60,005 bases of DNA from Candidatus Niyogibacteria bacterium (GTDB lineage Bacteria > Patescibacteriota > Minisyncoccia > HO2-45-28), in the NCBI GenBank assembly GCA_016181935.1, contig JACOYI010000006.1:1-60005 (forward strand). Reading direction: 5' to 3'. A program made the position numbers and the translations under genes. Shown piece after piece: positions 19,101-29,118 of the stretch. The notes below the pieces were generated by a model. It searched no databases. It saw nothing but the letters and a program-made list of their open reading frames with translations, and was not told the DNA's origin. Numbering within the stretch: position 1 is the stretch's first letter; the number at the start of each line of letters is the position of its first letter.

Positions 19101-20449
19101 GCGGCTCTGTTGCTTCCATTGGCGATCTGGATGGGGATGGCATTACCGATCTTGCAGTGGGGGCATATGCCGACGAAGCCACGAGCGGGGGCAGTTCAGA
19201 TGAAGGCGCGCTTCACATCTTGTTCATGACAAATACGTCCCGCCTGCGTCTTGCAACTGCAGGAACCGAGCGCTTTAGCGTGACCAATGGAGGCCTTGTG
19301 GGCATCGGAACCTCAACACCCCAACGCATACTCTCGGTCCAGGAGACCACTGCTAATTCCCAGTTCCGTCTTGCCTATGACAATACGAACTTCTCCGACT
19401 TCCAGATCGATTCCACGGGAGACCTCATCTTTAATCCTTCCGGAGACGATGTGTTTTTAAATGACGACAATCTCTGGGTTTGCAGTGGAGGAGCGTGTTC
19501 TGCGGGAACTCCCGCAGGAACGGGGAATCTCATTGTGGAAACAAGATTGGGTATCGGAACGAGCACTCCGAATTGGGCATTGCAACTGGCGGGAACACGA
19601 CCGTTCCTGACCTTGAGCGACACCTCGGCAGGCGCCGACCTCAAGCATTGGTTCTTCTCCTCACAAGGAGGGAATCTGTATGTGGGAACGACGACGGATG
19701 GGTATGCGACGAGTTCGATCGGTGCGCTGTCATTGTTTGGAGGAAGCGGAGTATTGAGCATCGGAACCAGCACGGACAAACTAGCGGGACTTACTTATAG
19801 CGCAACGGGGACGGTCATCACGCAGTCGCAAATCGCCCCGATGGGATTCCCGATACCCTTTAGCAATGTGTTTGCGATAACGACGCAATTAACAGGAAAT
19901 GCGGCGCAAATCGCTTCTTCAACCTTTATAGTCCCTGCGGGTGTCTATCGCGTGTGGGTGGAAGTATACGGCGGCGGGGGTGCGGGACAAGATGCCAACG
20001 TTGTCAATGGCGGCGGCGGTGGCGGCGGTGCGGGAGGCGTTGTTAAGGGTTTTATGGATGTGTTTCCCGGAGTATCCATCAATTATGCGTTAGGAAAAGG
20101 AGGTGCGCAGCAAGCGAGCGCGGCTGGGCAAAGCGGCGGAACATCCCATGCGAATTATGGAAATACGTGGTTGGTGGCGTCTGGGGGAGAGGGCGGAACT
20201 GCAACTGCCACAGGCGGAGAAGGCGGCATAGGAACGGGAGGAGTGATAAATTCTCGCGGTGGACCCGGAGGTGCTCAAACCGCAGATTCAGCAGGAGCCG
20301 GAGGAAGCAATGAACGTGGCGGTGGTTCTAGAGGACCGCTTAATGCAGGAACGGCTCTACAGGGTGGCGTTTGCGGGGGTGGGGGTGGAGGAACGGAAAC
20401 AGGGGTTGCCGGCGACGGCGGCGGCGGGTGTGTGTTTATTTGGTATTAA
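16128..20449 (+). CDS. Large membrane-anchored fibre/adhesin: N-terminal HTH, TM helix, GNVGIGT repeats, FG-GAP repeats, Gly-rich C-terminal domain. Three frames, with breaks after 18515 and 18867.
   Basis: ORFs 16128-18527, 18535-18876 and 18941-20449 continue the same repeat series IGDLDGDGITDLAVGA. Confidence 0.8.
16763..16825. repeat. Family A palindrome read in frame (AENIKDSPFLILKDYPLGFLH)
   Basis: TGCAGAAAAC..AAGGATAGTCCTT-TTCTGATTCTT-AAGGACTACCCTTTGGGTTTTCTGCA, 63 bp. Confidence 0.85.
18335..19230 (+). repeat. About five tandem FG-GAP/integrin-alpha-like coding repeats (~180 bp units)
   Basis: Near-identical DNA units encoding FG.SVA.IGDLDGDG..DLAVGA..DE...GALHILFM. Confidence 0.9.
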
Positions 20450-20452
20450 CCT

Positions 20453-22926
20453 ATGAACCTCTTAACCATCATCCTCAACATCCTCAAACTCGCCGGCATC
20501 TTCGGTATCGGGTATTTGTTGTCCTCGAATATCTCTCTTAAGGGTAGTCCTTTTCTGATTCTTAAGGACTACCCTTTGGTTGTTGCTGCTGCCGTTCAAC
20601 CATTGGATCTTTTGCAAAATTCCCTTGAATCTTTTCCTCAATCGTTGGGGGAAAAAGTGGGAACTGCCGCGCGCTCCGGAGATTTGATGGAGCGCATCGC
20701 CCAGAAATTCATCCCGTCATCCGAAACGGTTGTATTGTACCCGCCCCCGCGGTTTCCGGAGTCGAGCGCGTCATTGAGCGCGTGGTGTCAGGTCTTTCTT
20801 CCTCCGACCTCGAATCATTGCGCAATGAATTGAACGCGCGCATTGCTTCCGAAACCAATCTCCTGCGCGCTCTCATTGCCGAACGCAGCGATTCTAACTT
20901 CCGCGCCATTGCATTGACCAACAAGATCGATCATTTGTCCGGAATCACCTTGAGTTCCATTACGGTCTCGTCGGTTTCGGGCCTGACGGATGCGGATATT
21001 CCGAACGACATCACCATCGCAAGTTCCGCGGGACTCTCGGCAACTTCGGGTTCGTTTTCTTCAACATTCGGAGTGACAGGGCTTTCTACATTGACGGGGG
21101 GATTCCTGTCGCAGGCGTCGAGCACCGTTGCCGCGAATCTTTCGATTCAAGGTCCGTTGTCTGCTTCCAGCTCCGTTTCCATCGCGGGCGCGGCAGAACT
21201 TCTCTCAACCCTGTCGGTCTCCAACCTCTCAACGTTCACGGGCGGGTTCATTTCGAACGCTTCCTCATCCATTTCTTCAAGTTTGAATGTCTCGGGCAAC
21301 CTCAATGCCTCAAGTACTCTTTTTGTCGGAGGAACCGGCACGTCCTCCATTGCCTATGGACTTACCGTAGGAACATCCGGAGGACTGGTGGGAATCGGAA
21401 CAACAGCACCCGGCGATCATCTAGCGATCGAGGGAAGCGGTACGCAGGCCTTGTCTATCTACAGCACCGATACCGGCTCGGGGAACGTGCAGAAAACATT
21501 CATACGATTATACGGAGAGAATGTGGCAGGAACCAAGGTAGAACAAGTCAGACTTTCTTCAGCTCCCGGAACGGCAAATTCAAGCGCGGGACGGTTCATC
21601 GTGAGCGTGAGCGGATCTTCTGGTATAACGGAGCGCATGAGAATTGACGAAAATGGCAACATTGGCATCGGCACGACAAGTCCCTACGCAAAACTTTCCA
21701 TCCATGCAAATGCCACAGAAACCAATCGGAATCTTTTTTCAATTGCAAGTTCTACCGCATTGGCAACGACAACACATTTCGCGATAACCAATATCGGCAA
21801 CGTTGGCATCGGAACTAGCGATCCAGCCCAAAAACTCCATGTGTTCAATACCGCGAGCACCCCTCAATTCCGGATCGGATATGACAAGGATTTCTTCGCG
21901 GACTTCCAAGTGGATGCGGGAGGTGATCTTCTATTGAATCCCTCTGCGACCTCGTCTCCCTTCACCAATTCCGTGCGCATCATGAATGACAACCTGTTCA
22001 TCTGTTCCAATGGAGCGTGTCCGTCTCCGGATACGGGTGCGGGCATGATCGCGGATACCGGCAACCTTATCGTGGAGAACCGAGTGGGTATCGGAACGAG
22101 TACGCCGAATTGGGCGTTGCAATTGGCAGGCACGAGGCCATTCCTGACCTTGAGCGATACCAGCGCAGGCACTGACCTCAAACACTGGTTCTTCTCAAGT
22201 CAGGGAGGGAATCTGTATGTGGGGACGACGACGGACGGGTATGCGACCAACACCATTTCTGCTTTAGCGATTACCAATGCGGGAAATGTGCTCATCGGCA
22301 CCACCACAAATCCGTCTGCGGGAGCCGTCGGGTTATCGGTTGAAGGGCAGATCGCCGCGATGGGGCATCCCATTCCTTTTTCTAGTGTTCGAATGATTAC
22401 AACGACGGGAACCACGACTTTCACGGCTCCCGAGGGAGTGAGGCGGCTCTGGGTAGAAGTGTATGGGGGCGGCGGAGCGGGTAATTGCGCCGCCACAGGG
22501 GTTCCTCCTGGCGGAGGAGGTGGAGGAACGGTGATGGGATTCGTCTCTTCATCAACATTTCCAGTTTTTGTTGGAGACAGAACAGCGACAACATCCTGTA
22601 CCGCCAATGGAGCAAACGGCAATTATTCGCAAATCGGCAATCCTGTTATTTTTGGAGCGAATGGCGGAAGTGGCGGCGCAAACAATGGCTCTGGGCTTGG
22701 CGGAACAATACGAGTTTCGGGAGATATCAATAAAGAAGGGGAATCTGGCGATGGGGGGGTGGCCGCTAGTTATGGCGGACAAGGAGGCAGTACATTTCGT
22801 GGGACGGGCGGAACCAGCAACAACGGCGCCAATTCGTTCGGGCGAGATTGCGGAGGCGGAGGGGCGGGTTCGGTAACCTCCGTTGCGGGACGGGGAGGCG
22901 CGGGATGTGTGGTTATTTGGTATTAA
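20453..22926 (+). CDS. Paralogous fibre/adhesin (N-terminal hydrophobic anchor, Ser-rich stalk, GNVGIGT repeats, Gly-rich tip); frame break near 20757
   Basis: ORFs 20453-20833 and 20782-22926 both match parts of the upstream paralog; both proteins end in GCV.IWY. Confidence 0.8.
20540..20576. repeat. Family A palindrome read in frame (KGSPFLILKDYPL)
   Basis: AAGGGTAGTCCTT-TTCTGATTCTT-AAGGACTACCCTT. Confidence 0.9.
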
Positions 22927-23098
22927 ACCGGCGAATAGCTGGGCCGCCTGAATAATCTTCGATGACCCAACCGAGCTTTTGAATGTGCGAACGGAGCTCG
23001 TCCGCTAACGCCCAATCTTTTTTTGCGCGGGCCTGCACGCGATCGCGTGCCAATTTTCGGACCGCCGCGGGAATTTTGATTTTTGCAAGCGCCGTTAA
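22913..23098 (-). pseudogene. Orphan CysS C-terminal (anticodon-binding) domain fragment
   Basis: IPAAVRKLARDRVQARAKKDWALADELRSHIQKLGWVIED aligns with the local CysS tail IPDDVQQLEKERARARKEENWQKADELREEIQKRGWDVED; in-frame TAG at 23099-23101. Confidence 0.8.
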
Positions 23099-23122
23099 CT
23101 ATGGAGGTTGAACCTCCATAGT
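23098..23122. repeat. Short palindrome, family B
   Basis: ACTATGGAGGTT-G-AACCTCCATAGT. Confidence 0.75.
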
Positions 23123-23136
23123 GTCACAGTATAATA

Positions 23137-23670
23137 GTGAAATTCACACCATTGCCACGCTCGTTCTTTGGAGCGCCGACCCTTCAGGTCGCGCGGGGTC
23201 TTCTGGGTAAAATGCTGGTGCGGCGAGTGAACGGAGCGATCATTCGCGCCCGCATCACCGAAACCGAGGCCTACATCGGGGAGCGGGACAAGGCCTGCCA
23301 TGCATCGCGCGGACGGACGGTGCGGACCGCCATCATGTATGAAAAGGCGGGTACGGCCTATGTCTATCTTATTTACGGGATGCATTGGTGCTTGAACATC
23401 GTCACCGAGCGCGAAAATTTCCCTGCGGCCGTCTTAATCCGCGGGATCGAGCAGGACGGCAAACGCATTTCGGGCCCCGGCCGCGTGTGCAAGGCGCTCG
23501 GCATCGATAAAAAATTCAATGGCGCGTACTTGATCGGGAATCGAAAATTATGGCTCGAACATCCGCTTGGAAGTTTAACTTCCAAGTTTAAAATAGGCCG
23601 CGGCCCCCGCATCGGCGTGGATTACGCCGGCGCATGGGTCAGGAAGCCGTGGCGCTTCCAGCTTCAATAA
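23137..23670 (+). CDS. DNA-3-methyladenine glycosylase (MPG/AAG family)
   Basis: ITETEAY, YVYLIYGMH.CLN, AVLIR, GPGR, GPRIGV. Confidence 0.93.
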   Translation: MKFTPLPRSFFGAPTLQVARGLLGKMLVRRVNGAIIRARITETEAYIGERDKACHASRGRTVRTAIMYEKAGTAYVYLIYGMHWCLNIVTERENFPAAVLIRGIEQDGKRISGPGRVCKALGIDKKFNGAYLIGNRKLWLEHPLGSLTSKFKIGRGPRIGVDYAGAWVRKPWRFQLQ

Positions 23671-23724
23671 ATAATCAAAAGGGCTCTGCACTATCTGCAT
23701 CGTCATCATTTATCATTATTTCGC

Positions 23725-23762
23725 ATTACCACATTCCTGACGGCCGTCAGGAATGTGGTAAT
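23725..23762. repeat. Perfect 38-bp palindrome
   Basis: ATTACCACATTCCTGACGG|CCGTCAGGAATGTGGTAAT. Confidence 0.95.
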
Positions 23763-23795
23763 CCTTTGTGTATCTATTGTATCTATTTTAGAATC

Positions 23796-24338
23796 TTACA
23801 ACCTAAAATCCCTCTTCAACCATTTATCATTTTCAATGAATTTCGCCGTAATATAGAGCATTTCTTTACCGACATGAAAATCCGCCTTTAATAACGTGAT
23901 AATATCTTGACATTCATATGGATACACCCACACGCTCTGTTGAAGTTGTCTGAATCCAAAGCGTTTTAATTCTTCCCGTATTTTATGTCGCAAATTTCTT
24001 TTATATTCACGAATATCAAAAATAATGAGCCGCCAGCTGCCGTCCCATCGAAGCGGCTTCTTGATTTTTTCAAGAAGCTGATATCGTTGAAGCTCGATTT
24101 TTCCCTTTGCAGTCAGACGAATAACCTGATTTCCATTGATCTCTAGGAATTCAATTAAACCTGAATCCCGAAGTCGTTGAATGCGGGAATGAATATGAGA
24201 CGAAAAATATCGTCGAGTGCCGGGTAATTTCGCTAATATTTGCAATGTATTCGGTGCAATCGCCGCAACCGCAAGTATCCCTGCGACCCCAATGACATTC
24301 AATATGGATTTGTAAATATCGGATTTTCTTATTGCCAT
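23796..24338 (-). CDS. wHTH + Cas2-like ferredoxin domain protein (PaaX-like, lacking the PaaX C-terminal domain)
   Basis: RL...GLI...IRLT.KG wing; WDGSWRLIIFDI.E...R...R..L...GF..LQQSVWVYP; AT-rich. Confidence 0.85.
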   Translation of the reverse strand: MAIRKSDIYKSILNVIGVAGILAVAAIAPNTLQILAKLPGTRRYFSSHIHSRIQRLRDSGLIEFLEINGNQVIRLTAKGKIELQRYQLLEKIKKPLRWDGSWRLIIFDIREYKRNLRHKIREELKRFGFRQLQQSVWVYPYECQDIITLLKADFHVGKEMLYITAKFIENDKWLKRDFRL

Positions 24339-24344
24339 TATTCC

Positions 24345-24386
24345 ATACTACCATATTCCTGACGGCCGTCAGGAATATGGTAGTAT
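24345..24386. repeat. Perfect 42-bp palindrome
   Basis: ATACTACCATATTCCTGACGG|CCGTCAGGAATATGGTAGTAT. Confidence 0.95.
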
Positions 24387-24420
24387 CGTTTTTCATGCTG
24401 CCAGCAGGTATAATAGGAAA

Positions 24421-27093
24421 ATGAAATCGTGGCATGCGGCAGAAGCGGCGGAGGTAGCGCGGGAACTCGATTCGGATATCGAACGCGGCCTTACGGAGCG
24501 CGAGGCCGCAGAACGTCTCAAAAAATTCGGGCCGAATGAGCTTATCCGGAAATCGTCGTTCCGGATGATCCGCATTATCTGGGACCAGATCCGGAGTCCG
24601 CTGGTCTTTGTTCTGATCATCGCGGGCGCGGTTTCGTGGCGGCTCGGCGATATCGCCGATACCGCCATTATTTTTTTAACAGTCGGCATCAATACCGTCA
24701 TCGGCGCCTATCAAGAAGGGCGCGCATCCCGCGCATTCGAAAAGCTCCGGCAAACGCTCGAAGCGCGCGCATTTGTATGGCGTGACGGCAAGGAATCGGA
24801 GGTCGACGCCCGCACCATCGTTCAAGGGGACATCATCCTTTTGCAGGATGGCGTTCGCGTTCCCGCCGATGCGCGCCTCATCACGGCGAAGGGGCTTGAG
24901 ATCAACGAGGCGCCATTCACCGGCGAATGGGCGCCGGTATCCAAATCAACGGAGGCGCAGAACGAAGCCGCCCGCCTTCCGGAGCGGCGGAATATGCTGT
25001 GGATGGGAACGCTGGTCACCGAAGGGCAGGCGCGGGCCGTCGTGGTGGCAACCGGCAACGCCAGCGAATTCGGGAAGATCGCCCGTTCCGTCGAAAATGA
25101 AAAACGGGAATTGACGCCATTTCAAAAAGGCGTGACGGGACTCGCGCGCGTCATCGGCATTCTGATCCTCTCGATCGTCGCCGTCATTTTCCTCCTCGGA
25201 ATCGTGCGAGGCCACACGGCCGCAGAAATGTTCCTGACCTCGATCGCGATCGCGGTCGCCGCCATTCCCGAGGGCTTGCCGGTCGCCGTCACCGTGGTGC
25301 TCGCGATCGGCATGTACCGCATCCTTGCGAAGGGCGGCCTTGTCCGCAAACTGGTCGCCGCCGAAACCCTCGGTTCCACAACGGTCATTCTGACGGACAA
25401 GACCGGAACGCTCACGACCGGCGAAATGCGCGTCGCGTCGCTCATCACCGCCGAGGGCGATGAACCGCCGCACGCAAAGACGAAAGCGGCGCAGGAAGCG
25501 CTCCGCGCCGGCGCACTTGCCTCCACGGCTTTTGTGGAAAATCCGGAGGATGATACCGCGCTCTGGAGGGTGCGCGGCAAACCCACGGATCGCGCCATGC
25601 TCATGGCCGGCATTGAATCGGGCCTTCGCCCCGCAAAACTCGAAGCCGAAATGCCTCGTATCGATTCCCTGCCGTTCGATGCGGAACGCCGTTACGCCGC
25701 ATCCCTGCATCATCCGCCAGTGGGCGGACCGGGCGGAAACCGCCTGTATTTTTCCGGCGCGCCGGAAACCCTTCTCTCCCATTCAACGAAGCTCTTGACC
25801 GAACGCGGCGAAATCGCGCTCGACGACGCAAGGCGCGATGAATTTTTGCAACAGAACCAGCAAACGGCGGAGCGCGGCATGCGCGTTATCGCCGTGGCGT
25901 CGCGCGACGCTGGTAACGAAACCGAGATCCGCCGAAAAGCCGACGGACTCCGCGACCTGACGTTCTTGGGCCTCATCGCATTCCACGACCCCATCCGTCC
26001 GGATGTGCGCGACGTTGTCGGGCAATCAACGCGCGCCGGCATCCGGACCGTTATCCTCACCGGAGATCATCTCGCGACGGCACGAGCCGTCGCGATCGAG
26101 TGCGGGGTCCTTAAGGATACCGACGACGATACGCATCTTGTTGAGGGCCCAGAGCTTGAGGCAAAAAGCGAATCCGAACTTAAAGCGCTCGTCGGGCGCA
26201 TCGCGGTTTTCGCGCGCGTCCTTCCGCACCAAAAACTCTCGATCGCCAAGGCATGGCAAGCCGAGGGCGCCGTTGTCGCGATGACCGGCGACGGCATCAA
26301 TGACGCCCCCGCGCTCCACGGCGCGGATATCGGCGTAGCACTAGGGTCGGGAACCGATGTCGCCAAGGAAGCATCCGATATGGTTCTTTTACAGGATAGT
26401 TTTGCGGTGATCGTACGCGCGATCGAGGAGGGGAGGGTCATCCTCGACAACCTCCGCAAGATCATCACGTATCTCTTGGCCGCGAATTTCAGTGAGATCT
26501 TTTTGATCGGCGGGGCGCTTTTTTTCGGATTGCCCGTGCCCATTCTGCCGGGACAGATCCTCTGGGCCAACATCGCCGAGGAGGGCTTCATGAATTTTGC
26601 GCTCGCGTTCGAACCCAAGGAGCGCGATGTATTGCGCCGCGACCCGACCGCACATTCATCCAAAAAACTATTGACATCGGAAATGTATTTCCTCATCTTC
26701 GGCGTCGGCATCCTCACGGCCCTCTTTCTTTTCGGCATGTATGTTTTTCTGTTGCGCCAAGGGGTGGACCTTGCGGAGATCCGCACTATCATGTTCGTCG
26801 GCGTATCGCTCGACGCGCTCATTTTCGCGTTTTCCTTCAAAAGTTTGCGCCAATCGCTCTGGCGCATCCCCATCTTCCATAATCCGTATTTCTTTGCCGC
26901 ACTCGGCGCGAGCATCGCGGTGCTTTTAGGCGCCATTTACATCCCGCCGCTTCGCGATCTGTTGAAACTGGAGGCGATCCATCCGGTGGCGGTCGCCGCG
27001 CTTGCCGGTATCGCGGTCTTCAATCTCGCCGCCATCGAGTGCGGCAAGTGGCTCTTTATCCATCACGCAAAAAAACGCAGAATGAGCGCATAG
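24421..27093 (+). CDS. P-type cation-transporting ATPase (type II, Ca2+-like)
   Basis: FTGE, IPEGLP, DKTGTLT, TGD, MTGDGINDAPAL. Confidence 0.95.
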   Translation: MKSWHAAEAAEVARELDSDIERGLTEREAAERLKKFGPNELIRKSSFRMIRIIWDQIRSPLVFVLIIAGAVSWRLGDIADTAIIFLTVGINTVIGAYQEGRASRAFEKLRQTLEARAFVWRDGKESEVDARTIVQGDIILLQDGVRVPADARLITAKGLEINEAPFTGEWAPVSKSTEAQNEAARLPERRNMLWMGTLVTEGQARAVVVATGNASEFGKIARSVENEKRELTPFQKGVTGLARVIGILILSIVAVIFLLGIVRGHTAAEMFLTSIAIAVAAIPEGLPVAVTVVLAIGMYRILAKGGLVRKLVAAETLGSTTVILTDKTGTLTTGEMRVASLITAEGDEPPHAKTKAAQEALRAGALASTAFVENPEDDTALWRVRGKPTDRAMLMAGIESGLRPAKLEAEMPRIDSLPFDAERRYAASLHHPPVGGPGGNRLYFSGAPETLLSHSTKLLTERGEIALDDARRDEFLQQNQQTAERGMRVIAVASRDAGNETEIRRKADGLRDLTFLGLIAFHDPIRPDVRDVVGQSTRAGIRTVILTGDHLATARAVAIECGVLKDTDDDTHLVEGPELEAKSESELKALVGRIAVFARVLPHQKLSIAKAWQAEGAVVAMTGDGINDAPALHGADIGVALGSGTDVAKEASDMVLLQDSFAVIVRAIEEGRVILDNLRKIITYLLAANFSEIFLIGGALFFGLPVPILPGQILWANIAEEGFMNFALAFEPKERDVLRRDPTAHSSKKLLTSEMYFLIFGVGILTALFLFGMYVFLLRQGVDLAEIRTIMFVGVSLDALIFAFSFKSLRQSLWRIPIFHNPYFFAALGASIAVLLGAIYIPPLRDLLKLEAIHPVAVAALAGIAVFNLAAIECGKWLFIHHAKKRRMSA

Positions 27094-27097
27094 ACCC

Positions 27098-28048
27098 ATG
27101 GCGATCCCTCTTCTTGTTTTCATCGGTTCTTTTTTTGTTCTCGCGCGTTCGAGCGTATTTCTGGTTTCGTCGCTTACGAATCTTGCGCGCATCCTTCATC
27201 TTTCCGAATACCTCGTTGCCTTTATTTTGATGAGTTTTGCGACATCGGTTTCCGAGCTTTTTATCGGCGTCTCTTCCGCGCTCGACGGAGTTCCCCGGTT
27301 GTCGCTCGGGAATATCCTGGGCGCGAATCTTCTGAATATCACGATCGTTATCGGCGTCTCGGCGATCATTGCGCGCGGACTTTCGGTGGAAAGCAAAATA
27401 TCGCGCAAAAATTTCTGGCTCATCTTTTTCCTGTCGCTTCTGCCGTTTCTTTTGGGGGTGGATGGGGTCATCTCACGCGCTGACGGATTTGCGCTTCTGG
27501 TCACCTTTTTCATTTATATCTGGCACGTATTGGAGGAACGCGAATATTTCACCAAAGTCATCAATAACCGGCCGGCCACATTCGCGATCGTCCAGAGCAC
27601 GGTGCGCGACCTTGCGGTATTCGGTGCCGCGACCATCGCGCTTCTTCTCAGCTCATGGGCGGTCGTCTGGGCGGGGGAGCGCATTGCCGAATCGCTTTCA
27701 TTCGGTCTTGTTGCGTTCGGCGCGCTTTTTGTTGCGCTCGGAACGACCATGCCGGAACTCACAGTGGGCGTCCGCGCCGCGCTTTCGAACCGCGGAGCGC
27801 TTGCCGTTGGAAATGCGCTCGGCTCCGTCGCATTCAACGCCACCTTCATCGTGGGGCTTGTCAGCATCATCCATCCCATCGCCATCCGAGCGCCGGATCA
27901 ATCCCTGACCTTGATCGGCGCTTTCGTCGCCGCATTCATTCTTTTCAATCTTTTCCTTTACCGCGATACAACGATCAGCCGCGCGGAGGGGTTGGCGCTC
28001 GCGGGCGTCTACGGCGCATTCGTCATCGTGGAATATTTCCTTCTCTAG
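27098..28048 (+). CDS. Na+/Ca2+ exchanger family antiporter (YrbG-like)
   Basis: Two alpha repeats: ATSVSEL...GNILGAN and GTTMPEL...GNALGS. Confidence 0.9.
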   Translation: MAIPLLVFIGSFFVLARSSVFLVSSLTNLARILHLSEYLVAFILMSFATSVSELFIGVSSALDGVPRLSLGNILGANLLNITIVIGVSAIIARGLSVESKISRKNFWLIFFLSLLPFLLGVDGVISRADGFALLVTFFIYIWHVLEEREYFTKVINNRPATFAIVQSTVRDLAVFGAATIALLLSSWAVVWAGERIAESLSFGLVAFGALFVALGTTMPELTVGVRAALSNRGALAVGNALGSVAFNATFIVGLVSIIHPIAIRAPDQSLTLIGAFVAAFILFNLFLYRDTTISRAEGLALAGVYGAFVIVEYFLL

Positions 28049-28062
28049 GGTATACTGACGCA

Positions 28063-29106
28063 ATGACGATCGGTGTTTTTTTCGCGATTCTTGGCGTAAT
28101 CGGAGCCATTCTCGGCCCTCTCATCCTTTTTTTATTCATGAAAAAGCGCGCCCCGCAGGGCGGCGAAGCGCTCACGCTCCTTCAAAATCAAATCGGCGAA
28201 CTCGCGCGCACGCTCGATAACCGTCTCGGGGAATCGACCCGCGCGATCCAGACCCATTTCGGCGCCTCCACCGACATCATCCGCGACGTGACCGAGCGCC
28301 TCACAAAACTCGATGAAACCAACCGGCAGGTCATCGGCTTCGCCGATCAACTGCGGAATCTGCAGGATATCCTCAAAAACCCAAAACAGCGGGGGATTCT
28401 CGGGGAATATTTCCTCGAAAACGTGCTTAAGAACGTGCTGGGGGTGAAGCACTATCAGATGCAATACAAATTTGCGGATGGCGAGATCGTTGATGCCGCC
28501 ATCTTTCTCGATAAAGGCAAAGTTCTGCCGGTGGATTCCAAATTTTCGCTCGAAAACTACAACCGCCTGCTCGACACTCACGACCCCGCGGAACGTGAAC
28601 CCATCGAACGCGCATTCAAACAGGACCTGAAAAACCGCATCGACGAAACCTCCAAATACATCCGCCCGAGCGAGGGGACGATGGATTTCGCCTTCATGTT
28701 CATCCCGTCCGAAGCGATCTATTACGACCTTCTTTCGAATCAGGTGGGCGCCACGCACACCCGCGCCCGCGACCTCATCGAGTATGCCTTCAACGAGAAG
28801 CACGTCATCATCGTCTCGCCGACATCATTTCTGGCCTATCTCCAGACCGTCCTGCAGGGCCTGCGCAGTTTGCAGATCGAGGAATCGGCCAAGGAGATCC
28901 GCAAGCGCGTGGAGGAACTGGGGCGCCATATCAAAAGCTACGATGAGTTTTCAAAGCGCCTCGGCACGAACCTCATCACGACCGTGAACGCCTATAACGC
29001 CTCGCAAAAAGAACTCGGCAAGATCGATAAGGATGTTTTTCGCATCACCGGAGAGGATATCGGCATCGAACCCCAGCTCGTTGACAAGCCCGAGCTCGAG
29101 GAATAG
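28063..29106 (+). CDS. rmuC: DNA recombination protein RmuC
   Basis: PKQRGILGE, VDSKF, DFAFMFIPSEAIY, IVSPT; start MTIGVF with TATACT 6 nt upstream. Confidence 0.92.
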   Translation: MTIGVFFAILGVIGAILGPLILFLFMKKRAPQGGEALTLLQNQIGELARTLDNRLGESTRAIQTHFGASTDIIRDVTERLTKLDETNRQVIGFADQLRNLQDILKNPKQRGILGEYFLENVLKNVLGVKHYQMQYKFADGEIVDAAIFLDKGKVLPVDSKFSLENYNRLLDTHDPAEREPIERAFKQDLKNRIDETSKYIRPSEGTMDFAFMFIPSEAIYYDLLSNQVGATHTRARDLIEYAFNEKHVIIVSPTSFLAYLQTVLQGLRSLQIEESAKEIRKRVEELGRHIKSYDEFSKRLGTNLITTVNAYNASQKELGKIDKDVFRITGEDIGIEPQLVDKPELEE

Positions 29107-29118
29107 AATAGCGCCATT

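Noticed and set aside
18335..19230. Tandem repeats as a CRISPR array or DGR template/variable pair
   Set aside because: They are coding FG-GAP units without unique spacers, differences are not adenine-specific, and there is no RT
23796..24338. CRISPR-Cas locus based on the Cas2-like domain
   Set aside because: No cas1, effector genes or repeat-spacer array in the window
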